From contig DATJWP010000188.1 in NCBI GenBank assembly GCA_035578045.1, forward strand, positions 404 through 64,403: DNA of 64,000 nucleotides, written 5' to 3'. Positions 37,613 through 47,609 of the stretch are shown here, in pieces (within the stretch, counting starts at the first letter, position 1; the number at the start of each line of letters is the position of its first letter). The position numbers and the translations under genes were made by a program. The notes below the pieces were generated by a model. The model saw only the letters and a program-made list of their open reading frames with translations, ran no database searches and had not been told where the DNA came from. The DNA is from Polyangia bacterium. Lineage in GTDB: Bacteria > Myxococcota_A > Polyangia > Fen-1088.

Positions 37613-39094
37613 ATGAACTTTTCGAGCTCGCCTCGTCTCGCCCGCTACCTGGCCGGCACCGACGGCCGACCGGTGAACCCGGCCGCCGTCGCGCAGCTGG
37701 CCGCGCTCGATCACCTCTCGGTGGCCGCGCCGGGCATCGCGGGCGCGATCCTCAAGGAGCTGGCCGACCAGCGCGCCACGCTGAAGCTGATCGCCAGCGA
37801 GAACTTCAGCTCGCTGGCCGTGCAGCTGGCGCAGGGGAGCTGGCTGACCGACAAGTACGCCGAGGGTTTCCCGGGCCACCGGTTCTACGCCGGGTGCGAG
37901 AACGTCGACACGATCGAGGCCGAGGCGGTCAAGTTGGCCTGCGACCTGTTCGGCGCCGACCACGCCTACGTGCAGCCGCACTCGGGCGCCGACGCGAACC
38001 TGGTGGCGTTCCTGGCCATCCTCGCCGCACGCGTCGAGGCACCGCTGGCGCGTGAGCTGGGCCAGACCGACGCCGCCAAGCTGCCGCCCGAGGAGTGGGA
38101 GAAGCTGCGGGTGGCCTTCGGCAGCCAGCGGCTGCTGGCGCTGGACTACTACGCCGGCGGTCACCTGACCCACGGGTATCGCCACAACGTCTCGAGCCGC
38201 CTGTTCGAGGTCTCGACGTACACGGTCGACCGCGCCACGAGCCTCATCGATCTGGACGCGCTCCGCGAGCAGGCGCTGCGCGTCCGGCCGCTGATCCTGC
38301 TGGCCGGTTACAGCGCTTACCCGCGGCGGCTGGACTTCGCCCGGCTGCGGGCCATCGCGGACGAGGCGGGCAGCGTGCTGATGGTCGACATGGCCCACTT
38401 CGCGGGGCTGGTGGCCGGCAAGGTCTTCACCGGCGCCGACGATCCGGTGGCGTACGCCGACGTCGTCACGACGACCACCCACAAGACGCTGCGCGGTCCG
38501 CGCGGCGGGCTGGTGCTGTGCCGCAAGCCCTTCGCCGAATATCTCGATCGCGGCTGCCCGATGATCCTGGGCGGTCCGCTGCCGCACGTGATGGCGGCCA
38601 AGGCTGTGGCGCTGCGCGAGGCCGGCACGCCCGAGTTCCGGACCTACGCCGCGCGCATCGTCGAGAACGCGCGCGCCCTGGCGGCCGCCTGCCAGGCCCA
38701 GGGGCTGCACGTCGTGACCGGCGGGACCGACAACCACCTGTTGCTGCTCGACGTGGGCCGGCTGGGGATCACCGGCCGGCAGGCCGAGTCCGCGCTGCGG
38801 GCCTGCGGCATCACGCTGAACCGCAACGCGCTGCCGTTCGATGCGAACGGCCCCTGGTACACCAGCGGGCTGCGCCTGGGGACGCCGGCGCTGACCACGC
38901 GCGGCCTCGGTCCCGCCGAGATGGCAACGGTTGCGGCCGCCGTCGCCCGTGTCCTCCGGGCCACCACGCCCGAGGGCGACAGCCGCGCCAAGTACCAGCT
39001 GGCCGACGACGCGGCAGACGAGGCGCGGGCCGCGGTCGCGGCGCTGACTGCGGCGTTCCCCCTGTACCCGGAGCTGGGCGACCCGGCTGCCTGA
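37613..39094 (+). CDS. glyA: Serine hydroxymethyltransferase (long form, ~494 aa)
   Basis: LIASENF, HSGADANL, GGHLTHG and the PLP-lysine motif TTTTHKTLRGPRGG. ATG 37613 follows GGAGGG. Confidence 0.9.
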   Translation: MNFSSSPRLARYLAGTDGRPVNPAAVAQLAALDHLSVAAPGIAGAILKELADQRATLKLIASENFSSLAVQLAQGSWLTDKYAEGFPGHRFYAGCENVDTIEAEAVKLACDLFGADHAYVQPHSGADANLVAFLAILAARVEAPLARELGQTDAAKLPPEEWEKLRVAFGSQRLLALDYYAGGHLTHGYRHNVSSRLFEVSTYTVDRATSLIDLDALREQALRVRPLILLAGYSAYPRRLDFARLRAIADEAGSVLMVDMAHFAGLVAGKVFTGADDPVAYADVVTTTTHKTLRGPRGGLVLCRKPFAEYLDRGCPMILGGPLPHVMAAKAVALREAGTPEFRTYAARIVENARALAAACQAQGLHVVTGGTDNHLLLLDVGRLGITGRQAESALRACGITLNRNALPFDANGPWYTSGLRLGTPALTTRGLGPAEMATVAAAVARVLRATTPEGDSRAKYQLADDAADEARAAVAALTAAFPLYPELGDPAA

Positions 39095-39097
39095 CGA

Positions 39098-39343
39098 TCA
39101 GCGCCGGGCGGCCGACTTCGGAGAATGCAGCCGGTTGGTCTGCCGCAGCTTCAGGTTGCTGGCGACCTTGATGCGGTTGGCGCCGCGCCGCGACGACTTG
39201 CGCGACGGCTGCGTCGTGGCCGGTCGGTCCTCTTCCTGGTAGGCGGCCTTCTTGGCGACCCGCGGGGCCTGGTTGTGGGGCCCCGGCCTCGCGGTCTTGC
39301 GCTTCTTGGGTTTCGGCGCCCGCTTCGGCCCGGAACGTTCCAT
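39098..39343 (-). CDS. Small highly basic Lys/Arg/Pro-rich hypothetical protein
   Basis: MERSGPKRAPKPKKRKTARPG...; third positions are strongly G/C-biased. No family recognised. Confidence 0.4.
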   Translation of the reverse strand: MERSGPKRAPKPKKRKTARPGPHNQAPRVAKKAAYQEEDRPATTQPSRKSSRRGANRIKVASNLKLRQTNRLHSPKSAARR

Positions 39344-39472
39344 TTCACTGCGCGCCCGCTCGGCTCTTGTTGCCACGCCCACCTCCTCTTGCGAAGTTGG
39401 GCGCGCCCTGGCCAATCGCAAGCCTCAAAGAAACCCGGCGGAGTGGTTATGGATCAGGGGTGGAGGTGAGCC

Positions 39473-40039
39473 ATGCGATGCAGGGATATCGCCAGTGAGA
39501 ACATCGAGAGCCTGCCGGAGAACGCGTCGGTCGCCGATGCCGCCAAGCTGATGGCCGCCAGCGGGCTCGGGTTCCTGCCGATCTGCGACACCAAGCGCAA
39601 GGTCCTGGGCGTCGTGACCGACCGCGACCTGGTCGTCCAGTCAATGGCGCGCGGGCTGGATCCCGGGCTGACGCCCATCACCAGCCTGATGAGCCGTCCG
39701 CCCGTGACCTGTTTCGTGGACGGCGACCTGGAGATGGCCGAGCGAATGATGGCGGAAGAACAGAAGTCGCGCCTGGTGCTGGTCGACGAAAGCGGCGGCT
39801 TCGCCGGCGTGCTCAGCATCGCGGACATCGCCGAGCGCGCGCCCAAGCGCGAGGCGCTGCGCACGCTGCAGGCCGTCCTGTGGCGCGAGGCGCTGGGCCC
39901 GCGCGGCGGCGCGCCGCGCGACCAGGAACCGTTCCTGACGCCGGAACCCGAGCCCACCGGGGACCACGCGCACGCCCACGCACGCGACACGGTGTTCACC
40001 GGCGGCCGCCACGACGGGGGATACACCGAGTTCCCGTGA
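39473..40039 (+). CDS. CBS domain pair protein
   Basis: Two CBS-like units (GFLPICD...VLGVVTDRDLV and SRLVLVDESGGFAGVLSIADI). GGAGGTGA RBS. Confidence 0.8.
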   Translation: MRCRDIASENIESLPENASVADAAKLMAASGLGFLPICDTKRKVLGVVTDRDLVVQSMARGLDPGLTPITSLMSRPPVTCFVDGDLEMAERMMAEEQKSRLVLVDESGGFAGVLSIADIAERAPKREALRTLQAVLWREALGPRGGAPRDQEPFLTPEPEPTGDHAHAHARDTVFTGGRHDGGYTEFP

Positions 40040-40176
40040 GAGCGGACCTCCCCCGGCACCTTCGGTGCCGGCCCCTCCCGCTTCGCGGCGCTTCGCGAGA
40101 GGGGCGCGGAGCTCACAGCGCGCACGCGGCGCGTGCCGCGCGGAGCGGCAGCGAGCCGGATCCGTCGAGAGCCAGG

Positions 40177-41760
40177 TCAAGGCGTCGGCGCGTGTTCCTG
40201 ACCGGGCATGGCCGGGGCGCGCGGCTCGTCTTCCGTCTCGGGCACGTCCGGGATCTCGCGCGCCTCCAGCGCCGCCATGGCTGGGCCGTTCAACACCCGC
40301 CCGTGCGGGTCGAAGCGGCTGCCGTGGCAGGGGCAGTCCCAGCTCTTCTCGGTGCTGTTCCAGTGGACCAGACAGCCGAGGTGCGTGCACGCCGGCGACA
40401 GCGCCGACAGCTCGCCGTTGGCGTTCCGGTAGATCGCCAGCCGCTCTCCCCCCAGCGACACCACTTGCCCCTCGCCGGGCTGGATTGCGGCCAGCGCCTC
40501 CGGGCCGGGGTACGGCAGCCGGTCCTGGATCAGGTGCTTCGGGTAGTCGACGTTCTCGGTGATGAACGAGCGGGCCGACGCGAGCGGCTTGATCCGCGTC
40601 GGGTGCAGGAGCTCCGTGAAGCGGCTCTTGCCGTGAATGATCTGCTCCGCCAGCACCATCGCCGCCAGCGTCCCGTTGGTCATGCCGTTGCCCGCGTATC
40701 CGCTGGCCACGTGGATGTGCGTCGAGGCCGAGTTCCGCCCCACCAGCGGCAGCCCGTCGACGGGGACGATGATCTGCCCCGACCAGCGGTAGTCGGTGGC
40801 CGCCACCTCGCGCCCGAACTTCTCGCGCACATAGTTCTCGAGGTGGATGAACGGGATCGCGGTGTCCTCGTCCTCGCCGACCTTGTGGTCGTCGCCGCCC
40901 ACCACCACGTAATTGCGATCGCCGATCTTCTGGCTGCGCGTGTAGTGGTAGGGGTCGCCCAGGTCCCAGAACAGCGCGTCCGCGCCGGGCGCCGGCTGTT
41001 CGAACGCGACCGCGTACGTCCGGTAGGCGGCCAGCTTGGTGTGCAGCAGGAATCGATTCGAGATGGGCACGTGCGCCGCCACCACCACCTCGCGCGCCGT
41101 GACCACGCCCCGATCGGTGTTGACGCGGCAGATGCCCCCCGATTCCTCGATCCCCACCACCTGCGTCTCCTCGAACAGCTGCACACCGTCGCGCGTGGCA
41201 GCCTCGACCAGCGCCTGCAGGTAGAGGCGAGGGTGAAAGGTGGCCTGGTTCTCGAAACGTAACCCGCGTGCCACCGGAAAGGGCAACGGCACCTCGTCGG
41301 TCAGCGACGCCTCCAGCCCCAGCTTCTCGACCGCGCGCGCCTCCGCCTCCAGCTCGGCCAGCTCGCTGCGCTTCTCGGCGTACAGGTAGCCCGGCACCCG
41401 GCGGAAGTCGCACAGGACCTGCAGCTCGTGCGCGAGCGTGGCGATCTGATCGATCGCCAGGCGCTGCCCCTCGGCCGCCAGCCGCGCCCCGCCGACCCCG
41501 AAGCGCGAGATCAACGTGTGGTAGCGCGTGTCCAGCGCCTCGGTCAGGTGCGCGGTGGTCTTGCCCGTCTCGCCCTTGCCCACCCGCCGCGCCTCGATGA
41601 TGGCCACCCGCCGCCCACCCGACTGCAGCAGCCGCGCGGCCGTGACCCCCGTGATCCCGGCCCCCACGACCGCCACGTCGACCGCCAGGTTCGAGGACAG
41701 TGGCGCGTAGGTGGTGGGCGGAACCGCGTCCGACCATAGGGAGTTCGTGTAATTGGGCAT
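40177..41760 (-). CDS. FAD-dependent oxidoreductase fused to a C-terminal Rieske [2Fe-2S] domain
   Basis: VAVVGAGITGVTAARLL dinucleotide fold, and CTHLGCLVHW...CPCHGSRF Rieske ligands. Confidence 0.85.
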   Translation of the reverse strand: MPNYTNSLWSDAVPPTTYAPLSSNLAVDVAVVGAGITGVTAARLLQSGGRRVAIIEARRVGKGETGKTTAHLTEALDTRYHTLISRFGVGGARLAAEGQRLAIDQIATLAHELQVLCDFRRVPGYLYAEKRSELAELEAEARAVEKLGLEASLTDEVPLPFPVARGLRFENQATFHPRLYLQALVEAATRDGVQLFEETQVVGIEESGGICRVNTDRGVVTAREVVVAAHVPISNRFLLHTKLAAYRTYAVAFEQPAPGADALFWDLGDPYHYTRSQKIGDRNYVVVGGDDHKVGEDEDTAIPFIHLENYVREKFGREVAATDYRWSGQIIVPVDGLPLVGRNSASTHIHVASGYAGNGMTNGTLAAMVLAEQIIHGKSRFTELLHPTRIKPLASARSFITENVDYPKHLIQDRLPYPGPEALAAIQPGEGQVVSLGGERLAIYRNANGELSALSPACTHLGCLVHWNSTEKSWDCPCHGSRFDPHGRVLNGPAMAALEAREIPDVPETEDEPRAPAMPGQEHAPTP

Positions 41761-41844
41761 GACGGCGCTCCTCGGCCGGCCAATGTAAGGCTCCGCTCGT
41801 CAAAGTCGACGCCGCCGCAGCGCGAAGTTCGGGAATCTTCCCGA

Positions 41845-42546
41845 TCAGCCCGGCCGGGTCATGCGCGCGATGCGGGCCGCGTGCGCCGGGTAGCGCGCCG
41901 CCAGCTCGGGCCCCGTCGCCAGCTCGAAGTCCGCGAAGTCGAAGCCGGGCGCCACCGTGCAGCCGAACAGGCAATGCGTGGCGCCTTCGACCAGCTCCGC
42001 GGCGAACCAGGTGCCGGCGGGGATGACGATCTGCGGCCGCTCGCCGGCCGCGATGTCCGTCCCCAGCCGCCGCACCTGCCCGCCGTCTCCCGGTCCAAGC
42101 AGCAGCACCTCCAGCGGCCCGCCTTCATAGAAGTGGAAGACCTCGTCCGAAACGAGTCGGTGCAGGTAGGTGGTTGGAGCATCGCGCGCGATCAAGAAAT
42201 AGATCGCCGTCGACGCGGCCCGCGGGGCGCCGTGGGGCAACCCGTCGATGGTCAGGGGCGCGCGGTAGGTCTCGACGAAGTGCCCGCGTTCCGGGTGTGG
42301 CATGAGCCCGAGCAACCGGATCAACTCTTCGGCGCGCGCGCGATCACACAGCGGGCAATCGATGGACGCCCCCACGCGCGCGCCGCGCTGATCGGGATCC
42401 AGCACCCAGGGGCGCTCTTGCCAGGGCGGCTGGTGGCGCACGTGCTGCCCATGCCCGCACGCCAGCTCGGCGACCCAGTCGCCCGACTCGTCGCTGTGAA
42501 ACCCGGCGATCGTCGTGCGCGCCATCTTCAGCTCTGGTACCTGCAA
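41845..42546 (-). CDS. DUF3565-like N-terminal segment fused to a DUF985-type cupin
   Basis: DESGDWVAELACGHGQHVRHQPPWQERPW (DUF3565-like), then GHFVETYRA...FHFYEGGPLEVLLL (cupin). Confidence 0.6.
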   Translation of the reverse strand: MQVPELKMARTTIAGFHSDESGDWVAELACGHGQHVRHQPPWQERPWVLDPDQRGARVGASIDCPLCDRARAEELIRLLGLMPHPERGHFVETYRAPLTIDGLPHGAPRAASTAIYFLIARDAPTTYLHRLVSDEVFHFYEGGPLEVLLLGPGDGGQVRRLGTDIAAGERPQIVIPAGTWFAAELVEGATHCLFGCTVAPGFDFADFELATGPELAARYPAHAARIARMTRPG

Positions 42547-42698
42547 GGGCGAGTTAGTTCAAGCCCTCTCTACAGGGGCGGTCGCTTGCTGGGACTTCGG
42601 GTCCACCTCCTTCGCGGCGGCAACCGAGGTCACAGGCCTCCGCGGTCCTGCTTCGGCCATCACTCACGGCGGATCTCCACTGACAGGGGCATATCGGG

Positions 42699-43709
42699 TC
42701 AGGTCTTGGCCGCCGGACGGTCCAGGCGTCCGTCCGGATGGCGGGCGAACCGGCCCTCGCCGCGCGGGTGGACCGGCTCGTCGGAGGGCCAGGACCAGCC
42801 GCCGAAGCCGGTTCGCTGGTAGTCGGCGAAGGCCTGCTGCACCTCGGCCCGCGTCGTCATCACGAACGGACCGTACGCCACCACCGGCTCGCCGATGGGG
42901 CGCCCCTGCAGCAGCAGCAGCTCGACCGGACCGGCCGCCGCCTCCAGGGTCACGTCGCGGTCACTGCGCAGCACGATCTCGCCCGCGCCCCGCATCTCTC
43001 GGCCGGCCACGCGGACCATCTCGCCCCGGAAGAAGTAGAGGGTGCGGTTCAGTCCGGTGGACCCGGCGGGCAGCGTCCAGCGGGCGCCTGGCTGCAGCGC
43101 GATGGTCCAGATCGCCACCTCGGCGCGCGGGTCGGAGGCCCACGAATCGGGCGGCGGTGGTGGCGCGGCCACCTCACCCAGCCGGCCCGCCACCAGCGTG
43201 ACCGCCCCGTCCGGGATCCGGACGATGGGGATCGTCTCGCGCCACAGCATCGAGAAGGCGGGCGGCACCAGCTTCTTCGCGCGCGGCAGGTTCAGCCAGA
43301 TCTGGAACAGCTCGAGCGGGTTGGGCCGATCCTGGGCGAGCAGCGGGAACGTCTCGGCGTGGACGACGCCGCCGCCGGCGGTCAGCCACTGCACGTCTCC
43401 GTCGCCATAGCGGGCGGCGGCCCCGACCGAGTCGGTGTGGTCGATGAACCCGCGGCGCACGACCGTCACCGTCTCGAAGCCGCGGTGGGGGTGCGGCGGG
43501 AAACCCGGCACCTCGCGCCCGTGGTACATGCGCCAGCCGTCGCGCCCCTGGAAGTCCTGTCCCAGCTCCCGGCCGTCCAGCGAGGCGGCCGGGCCCATCC
43601 GATCGTTGCCAGCCGGATAGCCGTCGACGTGGTACACGCAGGTGATGAACGGGTCGCGCGCCGGCCAGGGGAATCCGAGCGGCGCCAGGGACAAGATCTC
43701 GTCGGCCAT
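42699..43709 (-). CDS. Pirin family protein
   Basis: HPHRGFETVTVV metal-binding motif, bicupin length. Confidence 0.85.
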   Translation of the reverse strand: MADEILSLAPLGFPWPARDPFITCVYHVDGYPAGNDRMGPAASLDGRELGQDFQGRDGWRMYHGREVPGFPPHPHRGFETVTVVRRGFIDHTDSVGAAARYGDGDVQWLTAGGGVVHAETFPLLAQDRPNPLELFQIWLNLPRAKKLVPPAFSMLWRETIPIVRIPDGAVTLVAGRLGEVAAPPPPPDSWASDPRAEVAIWTIALQPGARWTLPAGSTGLNRTLYFFRGEMVRVAGREMRGAGEIVLRSDRDVTLEAAAGPVELLLLQGRPIGEPVVAYGPFVMTTRAEVQQAFADYQRTGFGGWSWPSDEPVHPRGEGRFARHPDGRLDRPAAKT

Positions 43710-45069
43710 GCCCGAAGCTTATTCCGAGACGGCCCGCGCGCTCGCCATCCTGCGCGGACACGGATGGAACGCCACCTCGTTCCAGATACTGGAGCCCGGG
43801 TTCCGCTACTGGTTCGAGCCGCAGGTGTGCGTCGCGTACATCGACACGGGGCGGGCCTGGGTGGCCGCCGGTGCGCCGATCGGCCCACCCCACCTGGTGC
43901 CGGCGGCGGCGCAGCGGTTCGCGGCCGCGGCGGCCGGCAACGGGCGCCGCGCCTGCTTCTTCGGCACCGAGGATCGGTTCGCCACCACCAGCCCATTCGC
44001 CGCGATGCGGATCGGGGAACAGCCCGTCTGGGACCCGCGCGCCTGGGACGACACGGTCCGCGCCACCGCCAGCCTGCGCGCGCAGATCCGGCGCGCCGGC
44101 GCCAAGGGGGTCGAGGTCCGCCCGTTCGATCCGCGGCTGCTGGCGGACACGAACAGCCAGGCGCGCCGAGACGTCGATCGCCTGATCGCGCGCTGGCAGG
44201 CCGCACACCCGATGCCGCCGATGGGCTTCCTGGTCCAGATGCACCTGGACAGCGCCCTCGAGGAGCGCCGCCTTTTCGCCGCTCACCTCGGCAATTCGCT
44301 GGTGGGCTTCCTGAGCATGGTGCCGGTGTTCGCCCGGCCCGGCTGGTTCATCGAGGACCTGCTGCGGCTGCCCCACGCCCCGAACGGCACCGCCGAGCTG
44401 CTGGTCGACGCCGCGATGCGGGCGGCTGCGGCCGCGGGGACGGCCTACGTCACGCTGGGGCTGGCTCCGCTGGCGGGTGAGGTCGGTCCCTGGCTCCGCA
44501 TCGCGCGCCGGACCGGCCTGCCCCTCTACGACTTCCGCGGCGTGCAGGCCTTCAAGGCCAAGCTCCGCCCCCAGTCCTGGGCGCCGATCCACATCTCTTA
44601 TCCGCGCGGCCAGAGCGGGATCGCGACGGTGTACGACGCGCTGGCCGCCTTCGCGCGCGGCGGCCTCTTGCGGTTCGGGGTCGAGACGCTGCTCCGCCGG
44701 CCCGGCGTCCTCATCCAGGCGCTCGCGCTGATCCTGGTCCCCTGGACGATCCTGATCGCCTTCGCCCCGGCCGAGCGCTGGTTCCCGTCGCCGGCCGTGA
44801 AGTGGGGCTGGGTGGCTTTCGACGCGGCGCTGGCGCCAGCCCTCTCCAGCCTGGCGCGCCGGTGGCGGCGCGGCCTGGACACCACGCTCGCCACGCTGGT
44901 CACCACCGACGCGGCCGCCACGCTGTTTCAGCTGATCGCCTGGAACCTGCGCCATGGTCCGCGCGGCGCGCTGACCTGGATTGTCGGCGCGATCTCCGTC
45001 ATCGCGCCCACGCTGGTGGCCGCCCTCCTGTGGGCCGGGCGGCGATCGGGCCGCGCGAACGCCGCCTGA
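43708..45069 (+). CDS. DUF2156 (lysyl-phosphatidylglycerol synthase C-terminal-like) domain protein with C-terminal TM helices
   Basis: LRGHGWNATSFQILEPGFRYWF... is typical of DUF2156. There are four hydrophobic helices in the last ~130 aa. The start was moved to ATG 43708. Confidence 0.6.
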   Translation: MPEAYSETARALAILRGHGWNATSFQILEPGFRYWFEPQVCVAYIDTGRAWVAAGAPIGPPHLVPAAAQRFAAAAAGNGRRACFFGTEDRFATTSPFAAMRIGEQPVWDPRAWDDTVRATASLRAQIRRAGAKGVEVRPFDPRLLADTNSQARRDVDRLIARWQAAHPMPPMGFLVQMHLDSALEERRLFAAHLGNSLVGFLSMVPVFARPGWFIEDLLRLPHAPNGTAELLVDAAMRAAAAAGTAYVTLGLAPLAGEVGPWLRIARRTGLPLYDFRGVQAFKAKLRPQSWAPIHISYPRGQSGIATVYDALAAFARGGLLRFGVETLLRRPGVLIQALALILVPWTILIAFAPAERWFPSPAVKWGWVAFDAALAPALSSLARRWRRGLDTTLATLVTTDAAATLFQLIAWNLRHGPRGALTWIVGAISVIAPTLVAALLWAGRRSGRANAA

Positions 45070-45140
45070 AAAATCGGGCCTCGGGCCTTTTCCGATCTCA
45101 GCCGGAGGCTTTCTTTTCCGACTGTGGTTCAATCCCGCGC

Positions 45141-46148
45141 ATGTCCGGCGACAAGACCACGTTCGCGGTCACGCGAGCGCCCGACGAGGGATCGCGCTTT
45201 CGTCGCGACGACGGCGGGCGGTTCGTGAACCTGGACGGGTCTGGCCCGCACCCGTTCGGCGACGTCTACAAGTGGGCCGTCGCCGACAAGCTGGCCGGGC
45301 GGCGTCGCAAGTCGCCGCCGGGCGCCGCGGTGCCCACGGTGTCCGTCGACCCCGCCGCCCTGCGCGACCCGCCGCCGCACGGCCAGGGCGCTCGCGTGAC
45401 CTGGCTCGGGCACGCGAGCTGGCTGATCCAGATCGGCGGCGCGTCGCTGCTGGTCGATCCCGTGCTGGGTACGTCGATCACCGGATTCATCACGCGGAAC
45501 GTCCCCGCGCCGCTGGCGCCCGAGACGCTGCCTCCCATCACCGCCCAGCTGGTGACCCACAACCATTACGACCACATGGACCTCCCGAGCCTGCGCGCGG
45601 TCGGCGCGCCGGTGCTGGCCGGAATCGGAAACGGGCGGTCGGTGGGCGGTCACCCCTCCGTGACGGAGCTGGGGTGGTGGGACACCGCGGACGTGGCCGG
45701 ACTCCGGGTGACGTTCGTCCCCAGCCAGCACTGGAGCCGGCGCGCCCTGGAGCCCCCCAACCGGGCGCTCTGGGGTGGGTTCGTGGTCGAGAGCGGCGGG
45801 GTGCGGATCTACCACGCGGGGGACACCGCCTACTTCGAAGGCTTCCGGGAAATTGGCCGGCGTTTCCCCAACATCGACGCGGCCTTGTTGCCCATCGGCG
45901 CCTACGACCCGGCCTGGTTCATGTCCAAGCAACACATGAACCCGGAAGAAGCGCTGCAAGCGTTTACCGACCTGGGCGCTCGCCGGGTCATCGCCATGCA
46001 TTGGGGAACCTTCAAGTTGACGGACGAGCCCCTCGATGAGCCGCCCGCGCTCTTCCGGGAGAAGGCGGAAGCCCGGGGTCTGGCCCGCCAGGCGGCCCAC
46101 GTCGCGGCGATCGGGGAAACGATCGTGGTCCCGCTGTCAGCCTCCTGA
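45141..46148 (+). CDS. MBL-fold metallo-hydrolase (NAPE-PLD-like)
   Basis: VTWLGHASWLIQ, THNHYDHMD, YHAGDT, HWGTF. The start was moved to ATG 45141. Confidence 0.8.
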   Translation: MSGDKTTFAVTRAPDEGSRFRRDDGGRFVNLDGSGPHPFGDVYKWAVADKLAGRRRKSPPGAAVPTVSVDPAALRDPPPHGQGARVTWLGHASWLIQIGGASLLVDPVLGTSITGFITRNVPAPLAPETLPPITAQLVTHNHYDHMDLPSLRAVGAPVLAGIGNGRSVGGHPSVTELGWWDTADVAGLRVTFVPSQHWSRRALEPPNRALWGGFVVESGGVRIYHAGDTAYFEGFREIGRRFPNIDAALLPIGAYDPAWFMSKQHMNPEEALQAFTDLGARRVIAMHWGTFKLTDEPLDEPPALFREKAEARGLARQAAHVAAIGETIVVPLSAS

Positions 46149-46175
46149 CCGTCCGGCCCCCGGCCACCCGCCTAC

Positions 46176-47609
46176 ATGAAACTTTCGCGATACACGCAAG
46201 AAACTTTGGGGGTGTCCGGTCACCGCCACTCCGAAGGCACCATTTTCACGGGATTTTCGGCGCTTACGGCACAGCATGCTTTTTGCATTATCAAGCCCGC
46301 TGTGGTGGTTCTGCGCGCGCTCATCCTGGTGGCCCTGGCCGCCTCTGTCGCTTTCGCGGCAGAGCTTCCGCCCGAGCCTACCCTCCCCGCGACGCTGACC
46401 CTGCGGGACGCGCTGGACATCTTCCGGTCGCACGGCCTGGACCTGCTGATCGCGGAGGCGGCGGCCGAGGGGGCGGCGGGCGACGTGATGGCGGCCAACG
46501 CGATCCCGAACCCCAGCGCCTCGGCCGGCTGGTACCACTTCTTCTTCGAGGACGGCACCTTCAACACCCACAACGGCTGGTTCGTCGGGCTGGGCGACTC
46601 GAACGCCATCATGGACACCCTTTCGGGCAAGCGTGGCTTGCGCCGGGGCGTCGCCGAGGCGGCCCTGGCGGCGGCGCGCCTCCAGCGGGCGGACGCCCAG
46701 CGGACGCTGGAGATGCAGGTCAAGCAGCAGTACTTCCAGGTGATGGCCGCGGAGAAGGCGCTGGAGCTCGCGCGCGAAACCGCGGCGTCCACCGGCCGGA
46801 CATTCGAGCTGAACCAGGTCCGGTACAAGAGCGGCGCGATCTCGGAGGTCGACCTGTCGCGCACCGAGGTGGCCAAGCTGGAGGCCGAGCAGGCCGTCGA
46901 CACCTCGACGCAGGCGGTGCTCGTGACGAAGGTCCAGCTCGCCTTCTTGCTCGGGCGGCGGCAGACGTTCGCCGACTTCCAGATCGACGGCAGCCAGCTC
47001 CGCTTCGTGGTCCCGCCGGCGCTCGAAGGCACCACCCCCCAGCGGCTGGTCGATCACGCGCTCGAGGCGCGGCCGGATCTACAAGCGCAAGAGAACCAGC
47101 GGGTGCGGGCCGGTCGCTCCGTCGAGCTGGCGCACCGGCTGCGCTTTCCGGACCTGGGCATCAACGCCGACTATCAGTGGCAGGGCTCGCCCAGCTCCCC
47201 GAACGCCATCTCGCCGCCGACCCTGCAGCTCTCGCTGACCGGCGCCATCCCGCTGCTCTATCAGCAGCAGGGCGAGATCAAGAAGGCCCAGGCCGACGTT
47301 CGCACGCAGGACGCGCAGGCGGCGAAGCTGCGGGCGCAGGTGATGGCCGACGTCGAGAGCGCCTACTCGGGCTGGCTGACGGCGCGGCAGCTGGTGCAGC
47401 GGATGGAGGGGCGGCTGCTCGAGCGCGCGCAGCGCGCCCGCGACCTGGTCGAGTTTCAATATCAGAAGGGGGCGGCGTCGTTGCTGGAGTACCTGGACGC
47501 GCAGCGCACCTACGTGGCGACGAAGGGCGAGTACATTCAAGACCTCGCGGCCTACTGGAACGCGATCTTCCAGATCGAGGCCGCGACGGCGACGGAGCTG
47601 GTTCAATGA
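46176..47609 (+). CDS. TolC/CzcC-family outer membrane efflux protein
   Basis: Two OEP-type repeats, with a signal peptide ending VAFAAE. The real start is possibly GTG 46302, because ATG 46176 adds ~40 aa before the signal peptide. Confidence 0.75.
   Translation: MKLSRYTQETLGVSGHRHSEGTIFTGFSALTAQHAFCIIKPAVVVLRALILVALAASVAFAAELPPEPTLPATLTLRDALDIFRSHGLDLLIAEAAAEGAAGDVMAANAIPNPSASAGWYHFFFEDGTFNTHNGWFVGLGDSNAIMDTLSGKRGLRRGVAEAALAAARLQRADAQRTLEMQVKQQYFQVMAAEKALELARETAASTGRTFELNQVRYKSGAISEVDLSRTEVAKLEAEQAVDTSTQAVLVTKVQLAFLLGRRQTFADFQIDGSQLRFVVPPALEGTTPQRLVDHALEARPDLQAQENQRVRAGRSVELAHRLRFPDLGINADYQWQGSPSSPNAISPPTLQLSLTGAIPLLYQQQGEIKKAQADVRTQDAQAAKLRAQVMADVESAYSGWLTARQLVQRMEGRLLERAQRARDLVEFQYQKGAASLLEYLDAQRTYVATKGEYIQDLAAYWNAIFQIEAATATELVQ

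Noticed and set aside
34570-38055. 1161-aa plus-strand ORF, the longest non-NRPS ORF in the track
   Set aside because: It runs antisense or out of frame across four well-supported genes (mepA, DMT, DUF1624, glyA). The translation is Arg/Gly/Ala/Pro low-complexity sequence with no motifs. This is a typical high-GC shadow ORF.
39641-41974. 777-aa minus-strand ORF and the 460-aa plus-strand ORF at 39880..41262
   Set aside because: They overlap the CBS and FAD/Rieske genes, whose frames carry clear cofactor motifs. These ORFs have none.
42738-45132. 580-aa plus-strand and 652-aa minus-strand ORFs
   Set aside because: They are shadow frames of the pirin and DUF2156 genes, and the sequence is Arg/Gly-rich.
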